Assembly: GCA_003693705.1 (NCBI GenBank)
Contig: RBZT01000635.1
Span: 416-64,415 of the forward strand
DNA from: Polymyxa betae A26-41
Lineage: Eukaryota > Protista > Endomyxa: Phytomyxea
DNA: 64,000 nucleotides
Direction of reading: 5' to 3'
Shown here: positions 36,211-49,587 of the stretch, piece by piece
How positions within the stretch are numbered: position 1 is the first letter of the stretch
Layout of the letters: each line of letters begins with the position of its first letter
The notes under the pieces: generated by a model
Seen by the model: the letters and a program-made list of their open reading frames with translations, nothing else
The model's database searches: none
What the model was told of the DNA's origin: nothing
Made by a program: the position numbers and the translations under genes

Positions 36211-37862
36211 TTAGAATGCATCATCCATACTATTCCTGGGATGGTCTGGTAGCGGATCGGGTTCATGAACAGCTTCGACGATTTCAGGCAGTGGATGTTC
36301 AACGTCACGTTCATCTTCAAACGAGCTTTCATATTCCGATTTCCCTTCTGAAGATGATGCTAGGCGGGAGTCGCCCTTTGCTGCTGACGACGATGCGTCA
36401 GGATTGATGAGATGGCCTTCATTGTCAGGCTTAACAGCCGGTGTTGCTTGAAGAGTTCCTTGAGCTTCTCTTGGGCTGGTTGTACTTGCGACATCGAGTT
36501 CTGTGTTAACGTCATCCTTGACGCCTTCAAAATTCTCTTGCTTATGATTATCATCGCCATATTGGGGATTATTCCAATGCTCATCGAGATCAGCATCTTC
36601 GTATTCTTCATCAGCATAACCATCGTCACCACCGGCAACTTCTTTCTCGGACGTAGCAGCTTTCATTTCGCTCGAATATGCATGAGATTTCGATTCCGTA
36701 TCTTCTGGTCTGCGATCTTCGTTCTGGGGTTTGCTTCTCTGTAAGACATCCTGAATGGAATCAGCAAATTGCCTATCAGTTATAGTTGCTATTAGATCTT
36801 GACGAAGCCAATCCATAATACGTCCAACATCAGATCGCGTTAACATTGTCTCTTTCAACGACTCGAGATTACTGTTAAAACCGGTCTGAAGAGCTTCTCC
36901 TCGGCGACGATCCTGTTTCGAGACAGACTCGATCTGAGCTTCTAGGGTGAGTTTCAGCTGGAACAACTCGCTGTTCTGAACGTCAATCCGAGTCTCAACT
37001 AATCGATGCTTCTCGACAGTGTTTTCCTGCAACTATAAATAAACTTAAAACCAGCTTTCGATGCAAACAGAAAAAGATTGACAAGTTTAATTGCATACAT
37101 TTGAAATTGAGAATTTCAGTAAAAGAAAAAAATACGGACCGTCAGCAAGACATCTTCAATCTCTTCTTGATAACGAGCCAGAAATGTTCGAAATCCCTTC
37201 TCGAAGGCGATATGCGCCTCTCCCTGTCGTTCAATAATCGTTCGCAGGGCGCGATGACGCTCGTTGGTAGCCTCCTGGAGCCCAAGCAGCTCCTCGGCGA
37301 AGGCGCAGCGATCCCGCTCCTGCCGGTCCCGGCAATCGTCGATCTGGGTCGTGAAAGTCGTCACCGCCTACATTCTCAATAAGATACATTCGCCCATAGC
37401 CAAAGCCAACAAGAACGCCATAGCTGATAGACGCAAACGGGCCAGAGCGGTAAAAAGTCGAAATGCAATGCAAACCGATGATAGCCATGATTGGATACGA
37501 GCCGATTCATCAGCGGATCGAGAACGGAAATGATCGACGGTCTTCTCCAGCGACACTTCTAGTCTGGCAACAATTCGTTCCATGGCGTCCTCAATGGAAC
37601 GTACACGATTCTCGCAGCGAAGCTCGAGCGCTTCGATTCGATTGGCAAGGCGTTCGATCGAGCGATCCGTCTTGTGGCGGTGATCAGCGATTCGTTCGAT
37701 TTCGCGGTGCACTTCAAGCAAGCTATTCTCAGAGATCTTTTGTGTTTGTTGCAGCTCTCGAGCGAGTTGAAAAATGGCATTGTCAGTGCGTTTTCTAGAC
37801 GGAGAGCCCTCTCTAGATGGTGCCATCCACATTCGAGAGATTTCAGGTAATTTCTGATCCAT
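36211..37862 (-). CDS. Hypothetical coiled-coil protein with acidic C-terminal region
   Basis: ORFs 37368-37913, 37116-37364 and 36211-37032 are linked by introns. Confidence 0.6.
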
Positions 37863-38222
37863 GCCTGCAGTCAGAATGAGAAAAATGTGAAGATCAATTA
37901 GCAGGTACAACATTCACTAATGTGCAAATTAATAAGCAGATCACAATATATGACAACTCGCGACATATTTATTCCAAGACAAATGTGAAAATGTTCGCGA
38001 GAGCCAAAGAGTGGAAAATATAAGTTTGATAATTGGTAAGATTGGGATAGGCAATTGCGACCTAGACGATCAGGTAGATCATGGACAAGAGATGATTGCA
38101 AAGAAAGACGTGAAATAAGAAGAACGAATAGAGTACATAATACTGAAAACGAAGACAGACAAAGCGAGATAATCTATGCAAGAAATCAGCATTGAAATTA
38201 TCAAGTTTCCAACAAACCTACC

Positions 38223-39455
38223 TTAATCAGATAAAGTTTTGCTTTCTGCAGCTCGCCTGGCAATCGATGCATATGATAGGGTCTTGTCAGCTTCGTCCGC
38301 CTCAGGCCTAGATTCTTCAACAGCCGACGAAGGCGACGTCGACGCAGGGGCAGCTTGGCCGCCAGCTGGCGAATCTGTCAGATTGAATGCGGCAAGTGGC
38401 TCTTCGAGCGCTTTGGCAGCGTAAGACTTGTCTTTGGAAGGCGAAGGAGGGCATGAAGATGCCGGTGTCTTACCAGAGGTCGGTAGAGCTGGGAAATTCT
38501 CTAAGCTTAAATCTGGCTGTGGTTGAGGCACCGGCGCCACGCCATCAATGCATCCTTCGTCACGTCTGGTGAAGAATGGAACGACACGAGTCTGTCGAGG
38601 TTTCCGAGGCCGTATAGAGCCATTAGGAGTTGTAGACACACCTGGCTGGAGACTGCCATCACGAGGTTTACGAACACCGGGCCTGCGTCTGTCTCCAGGG
38701 GTTTGAGGAGCAGCAGGTCTTCGGTTCATCATCACCGATGGAATAAATACGCCAGCAGAATCACCAGGGAATAGCGGAGCTTTGCGAATATTCCAGCTGG
38801 GCGGCCGAGAACCGCCAGGATAGATTCGTGGAATTATCATTGGAATGAAGGGAGCTGCAACCAGCTTCTCCTGGTGGAAAGCTCGTGTCTGATTTTCGGA
38901 TTTGACCCGGAAGCGGATCGGACGTTCGTCAAATGTCGTATTGGAGAGATGTTCGGCCGTCCTCAGGCAGGATTCTTCATCTGGAAACGAGACAAACCAC
39001 GTGTCGCCGATATCCGCTCGAATGGAGACGACTTCACCGCATTTCTCATTGTCGAATACAGCTCGAATCTGTTCGATGGGCGTATCCGCGGGGATGTCTC
39101 TTAAGATAATCGTTGTTCTTTCTGTCGCCTTCATAGATGCACGCACCTTAATCGCGGTCTCATCCAGCTCTAGCAGCTTTGAACGACGAATAGCTTCGAC
39201 GATAAGGTCGACATCTGTTGTGATCTTCTTCACCAACTTAAACTCTGCAATGACGGCGACAGGAACGAACCGCTCCTCGTCCATCTGGGACCGAAGGTAG
39301 GCATCCGAGGTCAGGTTCTGTGGCGAGAAATAAAACTCGATCTGGGTCTGCAGCGATGACGTCTTCATGCGAGTTGGGGACGCATCTGGAGACCCATTCA
39401 CCGAGGTCGGTGCCGACCAGGAATGGTAAGGTCGAGGGACGGGAGCGGCCGCCAT
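38223..39455 (-). CDS. LARP4: La-related protein 4-like (La motif + RRM)
   Basis: LQTQIEFYFSPQNL..DAYLRSQMD; TIILRDIP..DTWFVSF RRM; DLSLENFPALP; SYA motifs. Confidence 0.85.
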   Translation of the reverse strand: MAAAPVPRPYHSWSAPTSVNGSPDASPTRMKTSSLQTQIEFYFSPQNLTSDAYLRSQMDEERFVPVAVIAEFKLVKKITTDVDLIVEAIRRSKLLELDETAIKVRASMKATERTTIILRDIPADTPIEQIRAVFDNEKCGEVVSIRADIGDTWFVSFPDEESCLRTAEHLSNTTFDERPIRFRVKSENQTRAFHQEKLVAAPFIPMIIPRIYPGGSRPPSWNIRKAPLFPGDSAGVFIPSVMMNRRPAAPQTPGDRRRPGVRKPRDGSLQPGVSTTPNGSIRPRKPRQTRVVPFFTRRDEGCIDGVAPVPQPQPDLSLENFPALPTSGKTPASSCPPSPSKDKSYAAKALEEPLAAFNLTDSPAGGQAAPASTSPSSAVEESRPEADEADKTLSYASIARRAAESKTLSD

Positions 39456-39997
39456 GCTGATCGACCACGACGTTGAAGCAGGAAAGGAAGCGACCGAAGT
39501 GACAAGACGGACGTGGCGGAGTCCGTGGTTGCGTCTTCGCGCGGCCTCGTTCCCAGTGGGCGCGGCCTCTATGGACAGGGCCCCTATTGTAAAACGATCG
39601 AAATTATGAATCTTGTCGTGCAATCATCGCTGTGGATTCATGAGATTGACGCCATAGTTTCCACCATAAAGCGGACGGATATGATCTATCGAGTCCGGAA
39701 GACACGTTTAAGAGATGAGGCCCCAAATTTTATTTATAAAATTTTTTTGAGTGCAGACGAACTAAATCCTGTCGCTATCCCAAGAGAACTGCAAGCCTCA
39801 CAGCTATTATCTACTTGCAAGCGTGGAATACGTAGTCTCTGCGCTCGGAGACGTCTTTATAAGGTAAAAACGGCCTATCACTAGGCTGGTATACCAACCG
39901 CGGATCGGTCAAGGTCGGTTATGTATTCCTATAACCGGAATGGGAAATCCTCAACGTTCCGTCCGAACCAGACCTCCACGGCGATCCGGCCGGTTCC

Positions 39998-42900
39998 CTA
40001 CTTTCCGAAGCGACTCATGCGAGGTCGCAGATTGTAGAGGCTGGGCCGTCCTTCTGGCATGGCTGGGGCCTCGTCTTTAGCTTGCTCCTCAACCTGGTTT
40101 ACGGATGGCTGCTCTTCCTCGTCTTCAGCTTGCTCATCACCCTCCTTTTCGGATGACTGCTCTTCTTCGTCTTCAGCTTGCTCATCACCCTCGTTTACGG
40201 ATGGCTGCTCTTCCTCGTCTTCAGATTGGTCCTCACTCTCGCTTACGGATGGCTGCTCTTCCTCGTCTTCAGCTTGCTCATCACCTTCGTTTACGGATGG
40301 CTGCTCTTCCTCGTCTTCAGATTGCTCCCCTTCTACTTCAGACAATTCTTCGATGTCATCAATCTCCATCTCCTCTGTTAATCACAGATTACAAGTGAGA
40401 AGCGGATGGCGAAATTGACCAAAACCGATATCAGATTGGGAGTCTTCGGCCGGGCATCTTGGACCGGAGAACATCGATACGATGCCGTCGATTAAGGAGG
40501 ATCCGATAGCTGACAACAAATTACCTTTGCCAACTAATCGCTTGCTGGACGTGTCTTCCGAATGGGTCTCCTCACCAGTCTCTGGAAACCAGCAGTCAAC
40601 ACACATTAAAGCTCTCGGAGGAAAGAAGACGCTGTTTATATTTTCCAAAAAACTGGTAAATAGCGCAAAGTGAAAAAGTAAATGATTGATTTCAGCAGCA
40701 AGAGAAATAAAGCAAGAATAAATTGCAGACGTCAATATACCCGAATCAGATGAGGAACTTTCAGCAGCTTCATTATCAGCAACATCTGAATAGACTTGTG
40801 AGGAGGACAACGATAGAAAGAATTATCCAAGCCTACCTTCTGATCCTGATGACAGCATAATAACATTCACTAAACGACATCAGAATAACAGCAATTTTCA
40901 GCAAAACAAAAGATACCTTCGCCGCTCTGAGCATCGCTGGACTCTTCTATCGATCCTAATTGCGATTAAATTTAAAAATGGAAATTTCAAACAGAATGTG
41001 AGCTGTCAAAGCAAATTACCTTCGCCAGATTGAGACAGCGATTGAGTTCCGCTATTCGCGTGGTCTGAATAAAGGAGATGAACAATACTAATTCGGAACA
41101 AGAACAATACGACCATGATGTGCAAGGCTAGGAGGCTGTTTAGCGGCGGCGAAGTCGTCCTCTATCAGGGAAATCAGCGAAACAATACCGGCGGGGAGCG
41201 ACCGACACACTACCTTCAAGCATCTGGGTCATCTCCATGGTCATCTCTAAAAGCGAATCAGTCTCCAGAAAGGAAGCCAGAAGTCCAATGAACAAAGTCG
41301 GCTGCGAAAACCGCAACTGGAGAAACCAAGCACAGACAGCAGCTTAAATCAATGTATCTTTACCAGTAGATTCTTCGATTGGGACGGCGGCCTCGGTGTC
41401 TACAAATTTGCAGTCAGCCCAAGGAAACCCAGCTACAAACGTTCGTGTTCGATACCGGATAGAGGCGATCCGGGACCGCGAACGTCAATGACGACGGGTT
41501 CGGGGGAGGGTTTCAGCTGGTCTAGGACCTCGTCGTGGTCGCTCTCGAACTCGATCGACGAATAATCCTCGTCAGCGACAGCCCCGTCGGTCAAGATCGC
41601 ATCGTGATCGTCCGCTTTCGTCGACGATAGTTGTTGCAATTTGATTGAGATTTGTTGAGAAGGCACAAACTGAAATGAGCCACCGACCACGGTATCGGAG
41701 ATCGGTGCTGATTCTATTAACATATTCGTGCTCTGGAACAATATGAGGACGATTTCGTGCATCTATGGGTGCTGTGACCTTGGTCTCAGTAGGCGACAGC
41801 TTCGGGTACAGCATTCCGTTGACAGCGGGTTGTTTTTCCTCCAGGCGGAGGGTCTCACCGACCGGCGCAGGCCTATTCGTGATAAGAGCGAGTTGACAAT
41901 AGAGTAAACATCGCGAAATAAAGAATAAAGAAATGCAATAAATATCATCAGAAAGTGAGTGCAAGGCGAATACGACTCGTCCAGGCTATGAGGGCAGTAT
42001 TACCGGAAGGACATGGCGGGAAGAGATGAATTAGGCAAGACGCTCGCGCAGCAATTGAACAGCGACCGAGCTCGGAGACCGTCGTCAACATCAAACAGCG
42101 GATCGGCACTCGCCTGACGACGGCGTTAGAAAAGCGATATGACCCATATTGCCAGCACTAAACGAACCGTGGGAGGGGGAATCGGCGAGTTCGACCCAGG
42201 CAGTACAGCTCGCTGGTACTTCCGTAATGCATCGTGAATGGCGCGCTGGCGAACGGCACTCGAACTGTAACGAGAAAGAGCCGCATCATAACGTGACCGG
42301 TAAAGGTCGCACAGGATCAGGGCATCCGCACCCAGAACGTTGCCTGTTGAATTCATCAATCATGGGCGGCCGAGGCACAATGACAGCAATGTAGACCCAG
42401 TTGTTCGATCTGGGTCTGTTTCAGGGGAAGAGCACAGAGAACGTCGACCTGCCTCTTCTCAGCGAACCAAACAAAGAAAGCATCCAGGTAGGGAGTGCAA
42501 GGCTTCAGTGTTTCGAAATATTTTAAGCACTGGAAACAACATCAATAGAGCGAAGAAATAGTTAATAAATAATCGATATAAGAGGCGTTTGGTACAAAAT
42601 AGAACAAAACCACTCAATTATGTCATGACATGGGCAGCATCGTACCTCGACAAAACGACCGTTCTCGAGCAGAGCTTGGCAATGCAGGCAGATCGATTGT
42701 CGGGTCGCGTCTTCACCCTGAGACCGGAAGATACGTGAGGCCTTCAAAGCCTTCTCCGGAGACTTCAGCGACCCCAGCAGTACTGATACTATTGTGGATG
42801 TTAGCGATAGCTGCGACAGCAACGAGCCGGAGATGCTCAGGTATTTCTATCAGCAACGTCAGCAGCCGCGTATAGTCTATATCGAAATCACGCATACGAA

Positions 42901-45659
42901 AGCTTGCGAGACATTTTCGGTGTCCTCCTGGTCCGAGCGCAGAGCCTCGTCCAGATGCCAGAGCGTTCGGACCATCGCTGTACGTCCTGGATCTTGGGTC
43001 AAATACCCATGATCTGAACAGATACCGCAAAGCATGTACAATACGACATTTTTGGTCTCATCAAACTGAACACCTAGTCATTACAAATCAGCACGATTGA
43101 CGAGTAAGATAAATGCAAACGACAAAAATAGGAAAACGAAGTCGTGACAAAAAAAAACTGGAATTTTTCGCCTCAAAAGATGGAAAGACTGACAGGCAGA
43201 GCGGAAAATATCACGAACGAAAAGGAACGGTGCCGAATTGTTCATCGCTTGTGGAATGATGCGACGGAACAAATAACGATTCCTGAAGCCGGCGTCTTGC
43301 CAGAGGATCTGTGCCTGCCCAAATATGTCCATATCCGGATCTAAGCAGCTTGTGAAAAGATGACAGAATCGGAGTCAACGGCTTACTTTGCAGATCGAAT
43401 AGTAGGCGGACGACCTCAGAATGGGAGAAGATGTTGCAGGGAACAATCCCAAGGCGTTGGCCGTCGCTGCCGATCATATCGACGAATTTGCGAACTTGGT
43501 TGAGTTGGAAGTGGACTTCGTTCAGCTGCATGATTTGTTAAAAATAAGAGGAACGCAAACGCAAAACTGATAAAACGAGAAAAGTTTGAGAGGACAAAGT
43601 TTGTTGAAACAGAAACTGAGATGTTAAAGATTTCACACGTACATGACTAACAGAGAACTCACCGGGGACCATCAGGCGATCAAAACGCGTTTGACAGTTT
43701 TGCAATCGTTGATTAATCCATTCGGTAATCTGTAAAATTAAATAGGAGCGACGACAAACAACATTAGAAAGCGGACCTGTCGGCGCTCAGAATCGGATTG
43801 CAATGAGGCGACGTATTCCTTGATAAGATAGGTGAGACCCAAACGAAACAAACAGTTCAGGAGCGAAGCGCGATGATCTTCAGCCACATCTCGGTCGTGA
43901 ACAATTCCGTGTTTGAACAGCGTTTGAAACGACATTTCGGGATCGCGCAGCATCTGTCAAGCAAATTAACTCCTAATGACAACGACAACAACAACAGAGT
44001 TGAACTGAAATAATTGATAACTGATTTACTTCGATACAATTCGACATGAACTTCCTCATAATCTGTTCAGATTCGGAAATATGCTGGAACTTGGCCTGCA
44101 CAACCTGGCCGTGCTCTCCAACAGCCAGACATGACATCTCCATACAGTTGATACTGGAATAAGGCGACGCCAGACCGCAAACAATCGTCCCTTCCCAAGA
44201 CTCATTCAGCCGAACGGAAACCTTGGCCGATTCCGATGATACTGAAGACAGCCTTTGATCAACCTACATAAATAATCAGAAACCCGGAAGGAAGTTCAAA
44301 TCGAAATCGCAAATAGCCAGAAAAGCCAGACAAAAGACGAAAATGTGAAACACGAGAAAAGGCGAAAAATCAATTGAAAAATTCAACGACTTTTTGAGAA
44401 AATCGACAAAGCAACCTTAACGACAGTCAGGTGGTTAGAATTAGAGCCGCCAGTAACGATAGCGAAGTCGTGAGTGTGCGAATCGGTGGGCCAATCACGT
44501 CCAGATCCAAGATACTGGCAGAGTCGGGACTCGGATCCATCCAGGCGAACCGATCGGATCGGCGATAGCGCCATCGACGCCTTCGATAGCGCGAACACCA
44601 CCGCAGTACAGCTCGGCCGGTCCGAACGAGCAACCAGCGAGTTCTTCTGCCGCTTGCTGGCCGGCGGTGTCGTACTGGGCCCGTATACCAATAGCACCAA
44701 ACCTAAAGCCATCGTTTGAGAAGCGCAGGCGAATCAGAGGTTGGTAGTACCGTGGAACAGGCCGATATCGTAGGCAATGTGAGTGACGGTGCCGTCCGAC
44801 GCCGATTGCAGCTTGCGAACCGAATCGCTGCCGATCTTCCAGGAGAACACTGAACCGTCCGAGCAGCCGATCAGCATCGTATTAAGTTCCGCGACGAACT
44901 CCAAACACGAGATGGCGCCTCTGCTTCCACATCGGGCCAACGCTCTGTGCCACACAACGCAGTATCACCGATCGAAATTCCAGCACGACTGAAGGCAATG
45001 CAATGCGTACACAATCTCGTGCGAGGCAGTTTGATAGCCGTGAAGAAGAGCGAGGCTGTTATCTTCCAGAGCCAAACACAGGGCGGTATTGTCGCCGATG
45101 TCGTCATGGTTGATAGCCGTCATTCCAATCACCTTGATCTGAAGCCGGCCACGGCTGTCATACTGGTCGTTCGCCGGATGCACGAAAAACAGTTCACCGC
45201 TGAGCAATGACTCAATACGATTTCGCACCCAATATCAATGCAGAATGATCCCGAAATGGGTGCCGCAAATTTTGCAGAATCAGAACGAGACCGAGGCTCT
45301 CATACGAGAAAAGAAAAATCAAACGCAGTGATATATTGAAGCCAATAAGAAGCCCCCAAAAAAAAACAAGATTGTTATCATATCGACCTAGATAAACTGA
45401 CAGCTATTCGATAGCTTTTATCGATGTAGCATTCGCAGGCACAAATAATGTCGCTGTCAAAGCGACGGCGACCCTGCGCCTGGCCTTTTTTTACAATAAT
45501 CAAGGACGAGCCGTCAACAATCCAGAACAGCGGCTGAAAACGATCGGCTCCGCCGAACACATTCTTGGTCCAGGTGTTGTCTGCGCCGTCGACCAGGCTG
45601 GCCTCCAGCAAGCGAACCGTTTCTGTCGTCCTGCTGAAGGGATTGCCCTCGTCCAGCAT
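39998..45659 (-). CDS. ELYS/AHCTF1-like nucleoporin (multi-exon)
   Basis: WD-like N-terminal exons (ISCLEF..MLIGCSDGSVFSWKI). ELYS-domain pattern IVSVLL..EKALK..LHCQALLENGRFVE..DVLCALPLKQTQIEQL..ALILCDLYRSRYDAAL. Acidic tail ending YNLRPRMSRFGK. Continuity of all exons not fully verified. Confidence 0.65.
40098..40332 (-). repeat. Coding minisatellite, 48-bp unit x~5 (EGDEQAEDEEEQPSVN)
   Basis: acggatggctgctcttcctcgtcttcag recurs with 48-nt period. Confidence 0.93.
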
Positions 45660-45827
45660 TTGTTAGAACGAATTCACCACGGACATATAAATGTGATAGT
45701 GAGCCCTGCCTGGCCCCGTTCCTCTCAAAGTCTTCTAAACAGATTGTGAGATCCAACTAGAGACTCACTACCTAATACGTACAGTAAACTATTAATATGC
45801 TACTCGTGCTTTATTCTAATGACGATT

Positions 45828-47252
45828 TCAGAGGCTGGTGTTGGTTTTGTAGATTGAGTCTCGAAACCTTGGATTTTTATGTACTCGGGTTGTAGAGCTG
45901 AATAGCAGGGTTGAGAACAAGAATCTTAGGCAACGAAATTCACCGAGGTGCAGTTCCTTGGGTCTACTTTTAGCCAGAATTTGAGCCGTGCGAATTCTGC
46001 CAAAATCAGTTATGGTTGGCAAAGACCGATGCTGTCTTTGGTTAAGCAAGATGGCAACGATCGCTTTCGTCTTTCTGCTGATCATCGCCGACGACATCGT
46101 CATTGCAACGCCTTCAGAATCCAGCACAGGGATCGCAGATCTGCTCGAATCGACCAACCCGCTTTCAATAAATAGTAAAGATAGCAGTTCTGGTCGCCAT
46201 TTAAATTTGGAATAGCGGCGCTGGCACGGTATTAAGACGGCGAGCTTGCAACTCCAAATCGAATTGTTGCTGCGAGTCGGGCGAAGCGTGTTGCACGGTG
46301 CATCGTGGAGCAACGCAGACATGAGAGCTTCTCCCTGGTGTAGTAATCTGTTCCTGTATGGTGGTTGCTGTAATCGCATCGCCAACGATATTGTTGGATC
46401 CCTGAGCGTTTGCCCCGTTTGCAGTGCTGCCGGGAATGTCCTGCGTGTTTTACGGCAGAAGTGATCGTCGACAACTGTTTTATAACCGGAAGAGCACCAT
46501 CCATCAACTGGCACGAAGCCGATCCTGTCTTTCCCTCAAATGCCACGATTAATTTGAAAGAGCATGCTGCTGCGCCGTTGATCGAGGCCACTGGTGGCCG
46601 CGTCTCAAACCCCTCATTGTACAGATCAGACCGCTCGGAGAGTTCAATGTTCAATAATTGATTCGCATCGCGCTTGCCCTTCTGGCGTTTAAGATGGCTC
46701 AGTCGACTGGTAAATGAATTGGAAAGTCGAGATGCTGGCAGTTAAAATACCAAGAGAGGTCTCCAGCAAACACATGGCTTGCAACGAATAGAAAGCGAAT
46801 AGGATGCGACATTCGCTACAAACAAAATCGCAATGTAGTGTATCAACTTAGAAAGAGCCCGGTTGCAGCAACAGCATCGGCGTAATATGAGAAGCTGAAA
46901 AACAAACCAGATGCAAAGCCAGTCTGGTCATTTCGCTAATTTCTACAATAATTATATCGATATAAATAAGCTTTAGTCATGATTGTGATGGTTTGAATGA
47001 ATCGAATGTTGAAAATCTGATTCAACTCCTTTCAAAAATTTCTTAATGCCGAGTAACAAATCCCAAAGCACGACGGCTTGGAGATGGGAATCCCCAAGCA
47101 AGTGAAATCGATGGCCAATCTTCATATCAAACAAACAAACCTGACAAGAAAGGAACGCGAGCATCTCCATTGCCATTGAAGAAAGACATTTGCCGCGCTC
47201 GATAAGCATGGTGCGGTAACGTATCCATGAGGGTTGCGCCATTGTGGTCACA
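45828..47252 (-). CDS. Hypothetical gene (exon structure uncertain)
   Basis: Overlapping minus-strand ORFs 45828-46514, 46232-46654 and 46973-47326; no recognised motif. Confidence 0.3.
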
Positions 47253-47265
47253 TTTCGACTTGGTG

Positions 47266-48763
47266 ATGATGATAATACGGCGGCCATCTTTGCTGTTTTT
47301 CCGACAATGGCCCAGAGCCTTGTCAATCACAACTAAACAGGGTCCTGGCAGTTGGCCTGGCTCAGAGCCCGGGTCTAATTCTAAATTGTCGCCTCATGAA
47401 CAGTTAATCCAGTCGCTGAGGTCGTCATTACAAGCGTCGGACCCTAACGCCTTCAACAGTAACCCGACCTCTTCCGAGAAACGCCCTGCTAGGTCTAGAC
47501 CGCTCAATAAACAGTTTAATACATTGACATGCAATAGCTTATTTGGAGGATTTTATAACGGGAGTTTGAGCGACGATCCCGAAGACCGCTCTGTTTTGGA
47601 GCAGCTTCGCAAACTCGAAGCACAGTACAAAAACTGGGGACAAACAGACAAAGCGATCCAGGTCAGTCTGTTGAACTTGCCTAATTTTACCTCAAATGCT
47701 TTTTCAGATTGGGAAGGAGATTGTACAAGTTGAAGCTTCAAGCCGCCAGCGCAGAGCCCTTCGGTTTGGCTCAGGAAGGCCTCCTTCTTCCACATTCTCC
47801 AAACCGCCGTCTGGCCCATTAGGATCTGACATTCGGGTTGAATCGACAGGTTGCCTCACGATTCGCGATACATTCTGAGCTGAGAGATTCTAGGCGTCAA
47901 TGAACTAATTCGTGAAGGATATTCGGAAGAAGAGGCGTTGAAGAAGGCTGTCGAGAACGCTGCAGCGAAATCGTCTTGGGTTTTCGGTGAACTCTTGCCT
48001 TCTTAGTACTGGTGTTTCATCATATTGAATTTCTTTAGGCTCGTTGGATCCGGAAAGACGTTCCCGCTGGGAAAGCATTCGACAGAAAGTGTTAAGTGGA
48101 GAGATCGATTTTGATAACGATCAAGATGAGATGGTGTCCAAATTGAAGCCATATCTACTGGAGGGTGCAGACATCAGCGATCAGGAAGTAAGTGGAACTG
48201 AAAAAGCCGGTTCCCGTAAACAAATCCAACCCCAAGAACGCCAACGAATCGTCGATGAACTGGGTCGAGCATACGGGACAGGTGCTTGTCAACGAGAATG
48301 TTAAAACTCAGGCAACTCATTAGTGCTGTTAGGCCGTCGTAAGACTTCTATTGCCCGGGTCTGGCTAACACCAAGCAAGGAGAAAAACGAAGGTATTCGA
48401 ATGACAATCAATGGGCGTAACTATTTGGAATACTTCACTCGGATTGAGCATCGGTATACGCTTTTTGAGCCCCTGCTCGCTACGGGGACGTATGGGCAAT
48501 TTAACATTCGCGCAACAGCAAAAGGTAGCATGATACTATAAAGAAAGTTGATACAGTTTAATAACTAACTTGAAGGTGGTGGTTTATCCGGTCAAGCCGG
48601 AGCTATTCGCTTGGGCGTTGCTCGAGCTCTCCAAAACTTCAACCCCGATCACCGACCTGTTCTGAAAGAAGGCAAACTGCTTACAAGAGACTCGCGAATG
48701 GTTGAGCGTAAGAAGGCTGGTAAGCGCAAAGCTCGCGCTAGCTTCCCCTATGTGAAGCGATGA
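47266..48763 (+). CDS. MRPS9: Mitochondrial ribosomal protein uS9m
   Basis: [59 protein letters not shown]; long N-terminal extension with presequence. Confidence 0.92.
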
Positions 48764-49038
48764 ATGATTGGCTCCGGGTTGACCGCATCTGGTTCGCTGT
48801 TCTACAATCTCATAAACGAACCCAGAAATTCACTGGAGTCAACTGGTGTGCAGTCGGAAGTGGCTTGTCTAAGGGAAGGGACCAGACGTAATGTTCATTA
48901 TTCCGCCTGTATGATTCATGGCGCCAAGTTGACTCACGTTGTGGCACCACCGGTCTTCAGGTGAATTCGTTGGTCCCCTTTCGTCATTATACTGTTTGAA
49001 TTATTGTTTGGAAGCGGTTTTTCATCTCGAACTGACAC

Positions 49039-49587
49039 ATGGAACCGATTATATTACCTTCTACTGTCAAAGTCAATTCTTATTTCCTACCGACATCATC
49101 TCCCGTGCCGACGCAGCCGATCGTTTTCGAGCAATCTGTGTTCAAGCCGGTGATTCGAAGAAGTCACCGATCCTTACCACGTGGGATCATTTCACCAAAA
49201 CCCATCCACTCGAATCGATCAAGAACGTTCACGTCTGGCCAAACAATGTTCGGCAGCACGGCTTCTAGATCAAGCAACCAGCCGCAACCGCAACAACATC
49301 CAGATCAGAAGAAGAAGATTACCTGCCCGATATGCCATAAGGTGTTCACGAGGCACTTCTCTCTGAAAATGCATTCCTATCTTCACCAGAAAACACTCCC
49401 GTTTCAATGTCAATATTGTGAGAAGCAATTCACCACAGCTCGACACAGGGATACGCATGCACGAGTACATACTGGTGAGAGGCCGTACGTCTGCGATTAT
49501 CCAGGATGCTCTTCAGCATTCACGGTGAAAAGCTCGTTAAGAAGGCATCAGCTCACTTGCATCTACAAACCTGATCATCAGTCGTGA
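49039..49587 (+). CDS. C2H2 zinc-finger transcription factor (3 fingers)
   Basis: CPIC..H..H, CQYC..H..H, TGERP linker, CDYPGC..H..C. Confidence 0.9.
   Translation: MEPIILPSTVKVNSYFLPTSSPVPTQPIVFEQSVFKPVIRRSHRSLPRGIISPKPIHSNRSRTFTSGQTMFGSTASRSSNQPQPQQHPDQKKKITCPICHKVFTRHFSLKMHSYLHQKTLPFQCQYCEKQFTTARHRDTHARVHTGERPYVCDYPGCSSAFTVKSSLRRHQLTCIYKPDHQS

Noticed and set aside
40059-40418. Plus-strand repeat ORFs, or a CRISPR-like array
   Set aside because: Antisense shadows of the acidic coding minisatellite; no unique spacers.
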